A program made the position numbers and the translations under genes. This document shows positions 1 to 12,584 of a stretch of DNA of 64,000 nt, one piece after another. The stretch is from Octopus vulgaris (lineage: Eukaryota): contig OX597824.1 of NCBI GenBank assembly GCA_951406725.2, forward strand, positions 7,998,001-8,062,000. The letters are read 5' to 3'. Within the stretch, counting starts at the first letter, position 1; each line of letters starts with the position of its first letter. The notes under the pieces were generated by a model. It made no database searches and was not told where the DNA came from. It saw only the letters and a program-made list of their open reading frames with translations.

Positions 1-487
1 CAATGATCGATCAGAGCTGGTGGAGTGTGAGGGAAACATAAACTCAGATAAATATGTGTCCATATTGTAGAAAAGACTCCTTCCAATCTTCTCCAGTGGT
101 GAAATGATTAAAGAAGATTCTATTTATGGAAGATCAGGCTCCTTGTCACACGACTAACAAGACCCCAAATTTGGTTGGAAGAGAATGGCATTAAGAAAGC
201 TTCCATGGCCATGTCAGTCACCAGATATGAACCCTTTTGGACACCTCTGGGTCATAATGAACAGAATATATCATGAACAGAATAAGAAGGCATACTCAAA
301 GCCATGAAACTTGGCAAGAAATTCCTCAAGAGAATATTCGTCATCTGATCAGTAGCATGCCTAATAGGATCTTTGCATTGAAAAATGCAAAGGGGATGTC
401 TACTGAATATTAGATATTTGCATTATAGATTTAAATTGATTTTAACGAGTATAACCGTCTCTATTTACTTCTGTCGTGCCTGTGTAT
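1..487 (+). mobile_element. Degenerate Tc1-family transposon 3' part (transposase pseudogene)
   Basis: Stitched frames give EGNINSDKYVSIL*...EDQAPCHT...WLEENGIKKLPWPCQSPDMNPFGHLW...ETWQEIPQENIRHLISSMPNRIFALKNAKGMSTEY*. This matches the Tc1 DNAPCH and WPSQSPDLNPIENLW motifs, with stops and frameshifts. Confidence 0.85.
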
Positions 488-641
488 ATACAAGACAGAA
501 GTGTGCAGCGGTTTTCAAATGGTGCATCGAAAAGATATGTCTTCTTGACGCTGCGCAAGATTTAAAAAATGTAATTTGATGATTTAGAAACGTTATGCTA
601 ATACTAAAACAAGTCACCCAAAGTTTTATTTTATTTAAATA

Positions 642-1040
642 CCAGCAGTATCGCCCGGCGTTGCTCGGGTTTGTAAGGGAAATAACTATATAAGCATTTT
701 TAGAGAGTTACAGCCAAAAAATAGCAAAACATGCATTAAAAATGGTAAAAAAATTATGGTAATTTTTTTTTTAATCGTTGACTCATCGTAGATATTTTTA
801 GAGAGTTACTTCCCTTATATAATAGCGAAAAAATGCATTAAAATGGAAAAAATTATGGTAAATTTTTTTTTAAATCGTAGACTCATCGTAGACGCGCGCT
901 AATACCCAGAAGGGCTCGATATGAATCACGACTATAAGATACCCCCTTTTGGTTACACTGCACGGCAAAATGTGGGAGTAGTTAGGAATCTAAATCGTAG
1001 GAGACAGACACACAACTTGACTTTTAGATATATATAAAGA
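642..1040 (-). mobile_element. Non-autonomous Helitron-like element, copy 1
   Basis: Minus strand starts A|TC(TTTATATAT) and ends with the hairpin CCCGAGCAACGCCGGG followed by CTGG|T (CTRR). It contains an internal ~95-bp tandem duplication. Confidence 0.7.
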
Positions 1041-1488
1041 TATATATAAAAGTGTAATTTTTTTTCTAAAATTTTCACTTGGGGTATAGTTTTTGTTTGC
1101 GGTTTAATTCTTGTTTTTGTTTTTATTTTCGTGTGCGATTTTATTCATTTTTGTTTTCGTATTTCTATACAGAATGAGTTAATCATATCACAAACAAAAC
1201 TAACTGAGAACCATTGCAGCCGAGATTGATTTCTGGAAACGATGGCTGTTATTACTAACAGGTTGAATGAGAACGTAGGGGCTTTCCCAGTGTCTCGCCG
1301 TTTACGTGTCCTTCAGCGAAGAAGACGCCAGAAGATCAATTCAAATGTAAAAATGAACAAGAAGAAGACAAAAAGAATTTTTTTAAACATTGGAAGAGTA
1401 TTATGTTCACTGTGAACAGGTCATCCGTCTAAATTTTTTCTTCACACGGAAATATAAATATATATATACTTACACAAACGCACACACA

Positions 1489-2127
1489 ATACATACATAC
1501 ATACATACATACATACATACATACTTAAAGACATACATGCATACATACATACATACATACATACATACATACATACATACATACATACATAAAGACATAC
1601 ATATATACATACATACATACATACATACATGCATGCATGCATACATACATACATACATACATACATACATACATACATAAAGACATACATGCATACATAC
1701 ATACATACATACATACATACATACATACATACATACATAAAGACATACATATATACATACATACATACATACATACATGCATGCATGCATACATACATAC
1801 ATACATACATACATAAAGACATACATACATACATACATACATACATGCATGCATGCATACATACATACATACATACATACATACATACATACATACATAA
1901 AGACATACATACATACATAAAGACATACATACATACATGCATGCATACATACATAAAGACATATATACACACATACATACATACATACATACATACATAA
2001 AGACATACATACATACATACATACATACATACATACATACATACATACATACATACATACATACATACATACATACATACATACATACATACATACATGC
2101 ATACATACATATGCATGCATGTATACA
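1489..2127. repeat. (TACA)n microsatellite with recurring AAAG and TGCA interruptions
   Basis: Seen directly. It is the source of the MYVC/HTYI pseudo-ORFs. Confidence 0.95.
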
Positions 2128-2128
2128 T

Positions 2129-2500
2129 AGGCGCAAGAGTGGCTGTGTGGTAAGTACCTTGCTTACCAACCACATAGTTCCGGGTTCAGTCCCACTGTGT
2201 GGCACCTTGGGCAAGTGTCTTCTACTATAGCCTCGGACCGACCAAAGCCTTGTGAGTGGATTTGGTAGACGGAAACTGAAAGAAGCCCGCGTGTGTGTGT
2301 GTGTGTGAGTCTGTGTTAGTCTCCCCAACATCGCTTGGACAAGAGATGGTGGTGTGTTTACGTCCCCGTAACTTAGAGACCGATAGAATAAGTACTAGGC
2401 TTTCAAAGAATAAGTCCTGGCGTTGGTTTGCTTGACTAAAAGGCGATGGTCCAGCATGGCCACAGTCAAATGACTGAAACAAATAAAAGAATAAAAGAAT
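2129..2500 (+). mobile_element. tRNA-derived SINE family A (octopus-type, internal TA/TG microsatellite)
   Basis: A-box-like TGGCTGTGTGG and B-box-like GGTTCAGTCCC, conserved body (CTTGGGCAAGTGTCTTCTACTATAGCC...AAGAATAAGTCCTGG) and GAAACAAGTAAAAGA-type tail. About 20 copies or fragments occur in the window. Confidence 0.9.
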
Positions 2501-2860
2501 GTATGTATTTATGTATATTTTTCTGTGTAGATAGATAGATATTTTCATATATGCATGTATGTATATACATGTATATATATATATATGGGGGGGGGGTGTA
2601 TGCACACACACACACACACAAATATATATATATACGCGCACACACGCTCACACACGCTCACGCACATACACATGCATACACATACATGCACTCACATACA
2701 TGCCTACACACACATATATATACACACATTCCCGTTTTGTATATCTCTTCTTGTACACCGACAGACAAGTGTACGAACATGCCTACAAACAAGTGCGCAT
2801 GTACAAACATACATATTACATACATACATACATGTATACATACATACATACATACACACA

Positions 2861-2892
<32 letters not shown>

Positions 2893-3355
2893 ATGCATAC
2901 ATACATTCACACGCACAAACGCAAGCAGACATGTTTTTTATTCCGGCTGCAACCCGTTGACAATCGGGTGTACAAACACGTAATATGTTGTCATCAGAAA
3001 GTTCTCACGCTCGCTCGATTCGTTACAACATGGTTGAGTAGGTTTTGAAAACAATTTATTTCCCCATTCTCTCCCCCACCTTTTCCTTCTCTCTCTCTTT
3101 CTCTTTCTCTTTCTCTTTCTCTTTTCTCTCTCTCTCCGTCTCTCTCTCTCTCTCTTTCTCTTTTTTGCTCATGTCACTCTTTGTCGGTCACAAATCGTAC
3201 AAATGACCTATGCAAACAAATAAATCTTATCTTTTACATTCTTTCCGTATTGCTTTTCTTTATAAAAAGTCCTGAAATATAAAGTGAAATAATTCAAATA
3301 TTTTTTTTTTATCAGGTTCCTCTTTCTTTCAGTGAAAATTTTTGCCGTGTCTTAG

Positions 3356-3397
<42 letters not shown>

Positions 3398-3581
3398 TGT
3401 ATTAAAACATGGCTGCCCTGCTTTCACGTTTTTTATTAAAGACTTTTTTTTCCATATTTACGTGTAATATCCTTACTTTTCTGCTTTTTTGTTTTTGCAA
3501 TATTAAGATTCGGGTAGCCATCAACGTTTATAGAACTCCATAGTCTTATCTGTATAAAATGGGACACAAAAAGAAAACATC

Positions 3582-3753
3582 AGGCGTAGGAGTGGCTGTG
3601 TGATAAGTAGCTTGCTTACGAACCACATGGTTCCGGGTTCAATCCCACTGCGTGGCATCATGGGCAAGTGTCTTCTACTATAGCTTCGGGCCGACTAAAG
3701 CCTTGTGAGTGGATTTGGTAGACGAAAACTGAAAGAAGCCCGTCGTATATATG

Positions 3754-3833
<80 letters not shown>

Positions 3834-4036
3834 TGTGTCTGTGTTTGTCCCCCCCCCCCAACATCACTTGACAACCGATGCTGGTGTGTTTACGTCCCCG
3901 TAACTTAGCGGTTCGGCAAAAGAGTCCGGTAGAATAAATACTAGGCTTACAAAGAATAAGTTCTGGGGTCGATCTGCTCGACTAAAGGCGGTGCTCCAGC
4001 ATGGCCACAGTCAAATGACTGAAGCAAATAAAGAGT
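3582..4036 (+). mobile_element. SINE family A, full length
   Basis: Same head, body and tail as 2129-2500. Confidence 0.9.
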
Positions 4037-4306
4037 ATCAAGAAAAATACAAGAAAACATTACCAGAGACCCCTTTGTCGATCCAGGTTGACCATGTGTC
4101 GGTACATCTTTGTGCAGGGGCTGATAAGGTTTTAGAGGAAGATCAGCGGTTGCCATGTATGCAAGTCTCTTCTCTCCATGCCACTGATGATGTCCATACG
4201 AAAGGGAAGGTCGATACTGCTTGGCACCAGTATCGTCAGAGGCGTTGCTGTCAGAACGCAATGAACCGGAACTTGTACAGGTGCAGCACCGACTCTCCAG
4301 ACACTA

Positions 4307-4814
4307 ATAGTCCAGAAGGATCTTTTCATTTTGACCGGCAGATTTTAAAAATAATTTCTATGTAACTAAACACTTTTAAACTTCGTATACTGGTAGAATG
4401 TGTTACATAAAACATCTTTTTCTCTTGGCTTTCTTGAGAGAATTCTGTAGTTTGTAAGCTATTTGTTGTTTAATTTCTTGCATTTTGGCAATTTCAACCA
4501 ATCAATGACGTCTGTTGAGGTGAATACAATTTCTGCTGTAAACGTTTTCTGGCGGTGAAATATGTCATAAATAATAGTGACATTGATATGACACCGCCAG
4601 AAAATGTTTACGGCAGAAATTGTATTCACCTCAATAGACGTCACTGATTGGTTGAAATTGCCGAAATGCAAGAAATTAAACAAATAGCTTTCAAACTACA
4701 GAATTTTCTCAAGAAAGCCAAGAGAAAAAGATGTTTTATGTAACACATTTTACCAGTATACGAAGTTTAAAAGTGTTTAGTTACATAGAAATTATTTTAT
4801 ATAATCCGGACTAA
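4307..4814. mobile_element. Foldback MITE with ~210-bp inverted arms
   Basis: About 4346-4557 is the reverse complement of about 4592-4799, with a ~35-nt spacer. A related single arm lies at about 7770-7990. Confidence 0.85.
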
Positions 4815-5226
4815 TTTACTAATTACTGTATTTCTTTTGATTAGGCAAGTCAATTTAATGTTTAATTTATCATGTGTTGAATAAGGTGTCCTCCCCTGGC
4901 TCCGAAAAAGTTAATAATCCCGAAATGGTTTGAAACCAAACGCTCTGGAAAATCGATTTGGTCCCTGTACTTGAAAAGCGTCTTGCCTAATTTTTCAAAC
5001 ACTCACGCCACTCGCCCCTCGGTCGGGAATGGTACCTTTTGTAAAGAGTCCGAGAAGATGTAAGGTAAGGTTAACTTTCGTGGAATTTGAATTCAGAATT
5101 CAAGGAGTTGAAACAAATACCGTGAAGCAATCAATCCAACGCAACCTTAATAAATGAGTATATCATAACACGAACAGATCGGCATTTTTAAGACATTTTC
5201 AAAATGAAAATCGTCCTTTCTGACCA

Positions 5227-5411
5227 CCCCAACACCACAACCACCATCACCACCACCACCAACACTACCACCATCAACACCACCACCACTACCACCACCA
5301 CCAACACCATCAACAACAACAACAACAAAAACACCACCACCAACAACAACACCAACACCACCAACAATAACACCAACAACAACACCAACACCGCCACAAC
5401 CACTACCACCA
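5227..5411. repeat. (CAC/CAA)n trinucleotide repeat
   Basis: Seen directly. Confidence 0.9.
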
Positions 5412-5777
5412 TATATTCACAATAGACATACTTTCACCAAAACGACTGCAATTTCACTCTGATGGTTTCCATTCCATTACTGGACGATGTGTTTCTGTCC
5501 GGTGCACCTGCAAATTGGTAATTTAAACTCTAACAATGGAACACAAAAAGAAAGATATGCCAGCCGAAAATGTTGCTTTATACTTCGCTGACGATTGCAC
5601 GTTTGCATGAAACCTGAGACATCAGTTTCTGAGAAGCAGTGCAGCTGTTTAGATCGGGCTAGATTTTCCAGTTTCCATAAAAGGAAAATAAAATACAATA
5701 TCCTATCCAAAGATAAAAGTATTTTTAAAAATTCAAAAACATATCAACTAGATTTTGGCTGGGAGACAATAATTAAC

Positions 5778-5893
5778 TCAAAGTAGCGACCCTCAAGTTC
5801 TAACACGGCCTCAAGGCGGCTCTGAAACCTGACGAAGATCTTGATTTGGGCCACCAGCTCGGCCTTGGTGGTGCTGGCTAAGCCTTTCTCAAC
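5778..5893 (-). mobile_element. Tc1/mariner-superfamily (probably DD37D/maT) transposase C-terminal relic
   Basis: Translates VEKGLASTTKAELVAQIKIFVRFQSRLEAVLELEGRYFE, resembling the 'F..RLEAVV.A.G..FE' terminus of these transposases. Confidence 0.6.
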
Positions 5894-5996
5894 ATCTATA
5901 CATCATGCCTTCCAGGGTATTCGGACTAAATTTAACGATTTATTCAGGAACAGCACGATGTCTTGGCGTACAGTTAACGGCGCTGGAGAGCATAAA

Positions 5997-6564
5997 TACT
6001 GGGTTGCCGGAAAGTTCGTGCCAATCTTTAAAGGAAAGAAAAATGTCAATAAATACTTGCCATCACATTTTTAATCAACCAAATATGAACCATTTTGTTG
6101 CACAATGCGTCTCCATCTTTCCTTTAACTGAAAATACCCTCTTCCCAGAATTGAGGTGGTTTCATGGCAAAGAATTCATCAAGGTATCTTTTTACGTCAT
6201 CCAAGGAATTGAAATTTTTACCATTAAGACTATTCTGCAGAGACCTGAATAAATGAAAATCCGAAGGAGCATTATCTGGTGAATATGGAGGGTGGGGTAA
6301 TACATCCCAGCCAAGCTGCAGCAATTTATGTGTGGTTCCCAAAGCATCAAGCGCCAAAAATTAACTTTCTTATTCTATATTTTAAAGGGTTACAGAATTA
6401 ACACAGGTTATAGGAACATAAACCTTCTTCCACGAAAAGATAGCTTAAACTGTGCTCTAAATGGAGGTGTAGTCAAATCCTATTTTATGGACTCAACCAT
6501 GTTCTAAAATAAATCGGAAGGTAAGCTACAATAATTCGGCACGAACTTTCCGGACAAACCAATA
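5997..6564 (-). mobile_element. Internally deleted mariner element with both TIRs and flanking TA
   Basis: TA-CTGGGTTGCCGGAAAGTTCGTGCC...GGCACGAACTTTCCGGACAAACCAA-TA. Encodes LLQLGWDVLPHPPYSPDNAPSDFHLFRSLQ (mariner YSPDLAPSD motif). Confidence 0.92.
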
Positions 6565-6811
6565 ATATAGTTGTAGTTGAGAAACAGTTTGCTCACACAT
6601 GGGGAGCTAGAAGTCATCCGAATATTGGGAAAGAGTTACTTGTATGGTGATGATTCGCGTCAGGTATCAAAAAGCCGACATCATGATGACTGCTGCTCAA
6701 AAATGCTCTGCAAATACTAAAATGGCTGCAAGATGTGACATGGACCATGACACGGAGACTATGAAGCAGTAAGCAGCAGTAAGAAACACAGCAGGGGTTC
6801 TGAGTGCGTCC

Positions 6812-6997
6812 ACCCATAGCAATCCAGGGAATTATAATCGGAGGTTTAGGGCGCCAGAAATTGGGGTCGGTAAAATCGTAGAATTTCTCCGACAACCACT
6901 TCCGATTCTCTCCGGAATTATGGCAAGGAGCCGAATCCTACTGCCACACATGTGGCCTTCCAACAGCACCTCTCCACTGCCGAAGTTTGACCACGGT
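6812..6997 (-). mobile_element. DD37D (maT-type) transposase catalytic relic
   Basis: GRPHVWQ*DSAPCHNSGENRKWLSEKFYDFTDPNFWRPKP(frameshift)DYNSLDCY. There are 37 residues between the second and third catalytic Asp. Confidence 0.75.
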
Positions 6998-8097
6998 ATG
7001 ATTTGACTCTAGAACGTAATGAACCGGAACAAATACCACAAGAAATGTTTTTTTTTTTCCTTAACACCGTAACAATTCTACCCGTTCACTTCCCTGCAAG
7101 ATCCTTGTAGATACTTGTTACCTCTTGTTTTGTCTGTATCTCTAATGGCAACTATGCATTTGCCATTTTGGTATCTCTTTACTTGCGTGGTAACAAAGAG
7201 GAATAAATGAGAAAAAAATTAATGAAAGAACAACGATAATCATAGCACAAAGCATTCAATTGTTTAGCTCTTATTTTCCCGATTTTCTGCAGTTTTCTGG
7301 CTGTCCTTGTAAGCTGATAGCGTAAAAGTATATTTTGTTGCTTTTTGTCGTCTGCGTTTTCGCTTTAAATTTATTTCGTTAATTATATTTGTCGTCTGGC
7401 GGTCATTTAAAATGTTATAACATTGCGTGTGAGAAGTGTCGAGTGTCGCAAACAATAGGTAAAAATAATACAATTGCGTTGCAGTGCAGCCTTACTAATG
7501 ACAACTTAACAAAACTAAGTTTATTCAGTTGAATAAGTGGGTTAACTGACCGCTAGGGAAGAGGTGAAGGAGATCAATGGATTGACAGAACAATCATTGC
7601 AACAAATATATTTGTCCTTGCATTTTATGTTCTAAGTTCGAATCCCACCGAAGTTAACTTTGCCTATATATAACGGAATTAGCCGAAACTGACCGATCCG
7701 TATAGGGAATTCTCGACCGGTGTTTTCGGGCAATTATGCTCCCTGTCTGTTCATATGTATACAATAATCCTAATGGGATCTTTTCGGTTTCAACGGCAGT
7801 TTGTAACAATTTCTAGGTAACTAAAAAATTTTAAACTTCGTATACTGGTAGAATGTGTTTATAAAACATCTTTTTCTCTTGGCTTTGTTGAGAAAATTCT
7901 ATAGTTTGTAACATATTTCGTCTAAAGTTTCTTGCATTTCGGCAATTTTAACCAATCGCTGACCGTCCATTGAGGTGAAAGCATTCTGTCCATCATCAAT
8001 ATTCTAACACCCTAGTCATATTTAGCGACATTTATAGCTTTTCTTTTTAGTAAAACATTGCACACGGTTGTCTATATTAATTTATATATATATATAT

Positions 8098-8727
8098 TTA
8101 AAGATAAGATAAAAACTTTATAAGAATTTATCAAGTAGTCAGCGTGAAAAACCTCATAAGAGAAAAAATCCACCAATTTTTCACTTAAATATATTTATTT
8201 ATATTATATAGAGGGCATTACTACACATAAATGCCACACGCTAGGAGGGACTCTTAAAGTCAAAACTACTAAAATAAATAAACACATCGTACCGAATTCA
8301 ACTCTCGAAGCAAGTCATTTAAAAACAGAATTTAGCCGCAGATCACTGTGATTTCGTAATCAGTGCAATAGTGCACTCTTTACTCATCAGTGCAAGCATA
8401 ATTCAAGATTTATAATGAATGAACAAAATCAACATACCAGACGAACAACCATCATATCCAACCTAGCATATAGAAGTGTTCATCCCTTATACATCTATGT
8501 AAATGGCGGGCTTTTCGAATTGCATTTCGGTAACAACGTGCTTATTCGGAATAAAAATTCAGTAGTGAATATACTCCGGTTAAATTTACAATTTGAAAAT
8601 AGGATAAAATCTTTATAACAATTTATCAAGTAATCAGCGTGAAAAACCTCATAAGAGAAAAAAATCCACCAATTTTTTCCCTTAAATATATTTATTTATA
8701 TTATACAGAGGGCATTACTACAAATAA
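8098..8727 (-). mobile_element. Penelope-like/retrozyme-like non-autonomous repeat in partial tandem, carrying a hammerhead
   Basis: A ~125-bp direct repeat (about 8106-8231 and 8601-8727) surrounds a hammerhead motif. The element abuts (TA)n. A third partial copy is at about 50365-50520. Confidence 0.65.
8337..8394 (-). ncRNA. Type I hammerhead ribozyme motif (intact core)
   Basis: Minus strand reads TGCA-CTGATGA-GTAA(ag AGTGCA ctat TGCACT ga)TTAC-GAAA-TCAC a GTGA-TC-TGCG. Stems I, II and III all pair; the cleavage triplet is AUC. Confidence 0.8.
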
Positions 8728-9115
8728 AGAGTGCTCAGCCACTTATACGTTAATTTCACGAGCAGGCCGTTCTGTTGACAGGATCAACTGGAACCCTCGT
8801 CAACGTAACCGACGGAGCGCCACGACAACATATTTCCTAGAGACTTGCCAATGTAAGGCGAGCCGAAATCTTCCCGATTCATAAAGCCTCGCTTTTAAAC
8901 TAATTTTCTCTCTCACTCGCTCGTTTTCTCTCTTACTCTCTCTTGTCGGAATTTCAGTGACACAGCAACAAAACAACGACAAAAATAAACACAAGATCTC
9001 TTGTAACTTCTTTCATCCACGATATCAGTTCTAGACTTGTCTTACTACTTTCTCTTTTCATTATTGAGTTTTTCTTTTTGTATTCTTATTGTTATTTTCA
9101 TTATATATATATAGG

Positions 9116-9262
9116 AGGCGTAGGAGTGGCTGTGTGGTAAGTAGCTTGCTTAGCAACCACATGGTTCCGGGTTCAGTCCCGCTGCGTAGCACCTTGGGCA
9201 AGTGTCTTCTACTATAGCCTCGTGAGTGGATTTGGTAGACGGAAACTGAAAGAAACCCGTTG

Positions 9263-9314
<52 letters not shown>

Positions 9315-9563
9315 TGTCCCCCCAACATCGCTTGACAACCGATGCTGGTGTGTTTACGCCCCCGTAACTTAGCGGTTCGGCAAAAGAGACCGATAGAATA
9401 AATATCTTGGTTGTGATCAGATAAAATCTTATCTGGAGCAGATAAAATCTTATCGGGTGTTGGTTTATTTTTACGTCTCCGTAAGCAAGCGGTTCGGCAA
9501 AAGTAACCGATATAATAAGTACCATAAGCAAGCGGTTCGGCAAAAGTAACCGATATAATAAGT
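9116..9563 (+). mobile_element. SINE family A, rearranged copy with local tandem duplications
   Basis: Head and body of family A, then duplicated GATAAAATCTTATC and duplicated TAAGCAAGCGGTTCGGCAAAAGTAACCGATATAATAAGTAC. Confidence 0.8.
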
Positions 9564-9686
9564 ACACACATACGCACACACATATACGTACATACATACA
9601 TGCACACACACCCATACATACATACATACATACATACATACATACATACATACATACATACATACATACATACATACATACATACA

Positions 9687-10210
9687 TTCACATTCATTAA
9701 CACCAACTCAAGGAATACTGATGGAATATTCCCATCAAAACTTCTGTCAAATGTAAACATAACAGGCCGGATATTGTTGTTTGGGATAGAGAGGGCAAAA
9801 GTGTGTACCATCATAGGGGTTAGCTGCCCTATAGATATAAATATGTCTTTGAAAATCGAAGAAAAAGAGGATATCTATGGACAACTTCTTCGAAATCTCC
9901 AGCTTTTATATCCAGACTATGAATTCATATTCATACCAATAATAATTGGAGAACTAGGTTTTGTAAGTAAATGCTTAAAGGAGAATCTGGATAAACTGGG
10001 GTTTTCAGAAAGAGAAATCGACCGACTAATTCATACATTACAAGAGCAATCTGTGAGTGGAACAGTAAAAATATGCAAGACTTTTCTCAAGTTCCAAATG
10101 TGAATTTGTCTGTGTTAACATCTCAGACATGGAGCCTTGTATCTTTATTGGAAGCCGGCTCCCTCTTCAGTGGAAGATTTATAATAATTAAATTAAGATT
10201 TATAATAATT
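9687..10210 (+). mobile_element. 3' end of an RLE-type non-LTR retrotransposon (R4/Dong-like), 5'-truncated
   Basis: EY*WNIPIKTSVKCKHNRPDIVVWDREGK(frameshift)VCTIIGVSCPIDINMSLKIEEKEDIYG...IIIGELG...: a PD-(D/E)xK restriction-like endonuclease. Short 3' UTR with TAA repeats; starts next to (TACA)n. Confidence 0.85.
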
Positions 10211-10493
10211 TTAAAAAATATAACACACACACACACACATAAGAGTTTTAAGTCAAGCGTGGCCTACACAACACCTCAACGACTCTCACTAGCAATACAA
10301 AGAAGGCCAGAGACAAGCGAAGTGAAAGATATCCGGCTCAGTAGACAAAGCTAAATCTTTTAAGTTTTTTTAATTTTATTTTGCTTAGTTTTGAAGTAAT
10401 ACATGCACTTGAAATAGCATTGGATATAAAAAAAACGGTGTGTATTATATTTATATTGTGTACGGCACGTTTCAGAGAATCATCTGGAAGATA

Positions 10494-10663
10494 AGCGTAG
10501 GAGTGGCTGTGTGGTAAGTAGCTTGCTTACGAACCACATGGTTCCGGGTTCAGTCCCACTGCGTGGCACCTTGGGCAAGTGTCTTCTGCTATAGCCTCGG
10601 GCCGACCAAAGCCTTGTGAGTGGATTTGGTAGACGGAAACTGAAAGAAGCCTGTCGTACTGTC

Positions 10664-10723
<60 letters not shown>

Positions 10724-10910
10724 GTGTGTGTGTGTGTGTTTGTGAGTCTACGCTTGACAACCGATGCTGGTGTGTTTACGTCCCCGTAACTTAGCGGTTC
10801 GGCAAAAGAGACCGATAGAATAAGTACTAGGCTTACAAAGAATATGTCGACTAAAGGCGGTACTCCAGCATGGCCGCAGTTAAATGACTGAAACAAGTAA
10901 AAGAGTAAGA
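10494..10910 (+). mobile_element. SINE family A
   Basis: Matches the family A head, body and tail. Confidence 0.9.
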
Positions 10911-11454
10911 GTTTAAAACGCAGAACTTGGTTCAGAACGCCTGTGAATCGTCGAATACTGTCTCGATCTAATTCGATCTCTTTGTATGCCTCTTCATACT
11001 TATCGAGGTTTCTCATGCCTCTGTTTATTAGAGGAAAGGTAAGATTTATAGGTCTGCGAGAGGGAGAGACCGAAAGAGGGGGGAGAGAAGGAGAGACAGA
11101 CACACAGGCAGGCAGACAGACGAGCATAGACGGAAATAATGGCGTTCAGGTGTTGCCAAGAAACTCAGTAATGTTGGATTAGCTTCAAGAAACCTAAAGC
11201 AGAGCTCCGTTTTATTTCGTAGGTTTGATGTTTGGCTATTGACTCCTTCTTGGGTTTATCCACCCTTGTAGAGAGGCATTGCCATTTTTTTTCTCTCTTA
11301 TCAGGGTGTTCATCTCCCCTCCACACACAGGGATGAGATCCTACACTTGTGTTGCTGGTTCAGTCGCCCAACAGCGAAACAGGTAGTTCTGGTTCATATG
11401 GCTACCCAGGGTAGATTATTTTCGATATGAACCTGATATCAGTTTTCAATGAAT

Positions 11455-11697
11455 AAAAGGTAACGGGTAAAGGGTAAAGACCCCTTCGGTCATAAATGGC
11501 CATGGGATTGCACCTACAAAATTACCCTCCTGGCAAGGTTGTTTATGGAAGACCAACAGTCGCCTATGCATACCAGCCATCTCTCGCCATGCTACTGATG
11601 TTATCCAAGGGAAAGACAAAGGGGTCGATACAGCTTGGCACCAGTGACGTCGTAACTCATTTCTACAGCTGAGTGAACTGGAGCAACGTGAAATAAC
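11455..11697 (-). mobile_element. SINE-like repeat, 3' part ending in a (TTACC)-type tail; related copy at ~4060-4290
   Basis: Both sites share CTGATG..ATCC...AAGG...GGTCGATAC.GCTTGGCACCAGT..CGTC. Confidence 0.6.
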
Positions 11698-12012
11698 AAA
11701 TCGACCCCAGGACTTATTCTTTGTAAGCCTAGTACTTATTCTATTGGTCTCTTTTGCCGAAACGCTATGTTGCGGGGACGTAAACACACCAACATCGGTT
11801 GTCAAGCGATGTTGGGGGGGGGGGGACAAAAGAATAAATGACGGCGTTGAGCTCGGCAAAATTTGAACGCAGAGCGCAAAGAGATGGAATAAATACTTTC
11901 GGGACTTCTTATCCAACGCTCTAAGAACTTTAGTAACTTTACCACCTTAGGTGGATTCTAACGTTTCGGGAGAAGTCTCTTCCTCGACGAAGGAAAATTT
12001 TTTAAAAACCGG

Positions 12013-12044
<32 letters not shown>

Positions 12045-12584
12045 GAGGAGGAGGAGAAAGAGGAGGAGGAGGAGAAAAGGGGAGGAGGCTGACGACGACC
12101 ACGATGATAATGAGGATGATGAATAGAAGAAGGGAGAGGAGGAGGCTGATGAATATGGTGATGCTGATGCTGATGATGCAATTGTTTTAACCAGAGGTCG
12201 ACTTCGATGGAACAGATCTATAATCAAAAGTGTTCCAGTCGTGACCATCCAAGCTTAACATATTAAGGACTACGTTATCCAATAGGTCCTTCTTTTCCTT
12301 TTAAAGCAGCTTGATGAGATTTGAAAGAGAGGTCGAAGGGGCGGACAGCAAATACTTCTAATGCAAAGATCGTGGGTTCCAATTCCCACAGGGATGTTTG
12401 CTTCTCCAGATTCTTCGTCTGGCTAGAAATAGCACAAAACTTTCTCCCAAGTCATATTCTACTATTACATTCAATAATGTAATCCAAGGTGGATTATGCC
12501 GGAAGAAAACCTTCAAAATTTCAAGACTAGAAATTTCTAATACTTTGATCGTAGAACTGTTGGAACAACAACAGCAACAACAGC

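Noticed and set aside
1242-1415. 57-aa basic ORF MAVITNRLNENVGAF... downstream of an acceptor-like TTTCTATACAG
   Set aside because: No recognisable domain and no other support.
1390-3048. Long ORFs rich in MYVC/HTYI (also 13849-15757, 21735-22422, 44617-45786, 54118-54624)
   Set aside because: They are translations of stop-free microsatellites, not genes.
5432-5507. Minus-strand exon-like segment (TTTGCAG...GTATGT)
   Set aside because: Stops occur in all three frames. It could be non-coding, but that cannot be supported here.
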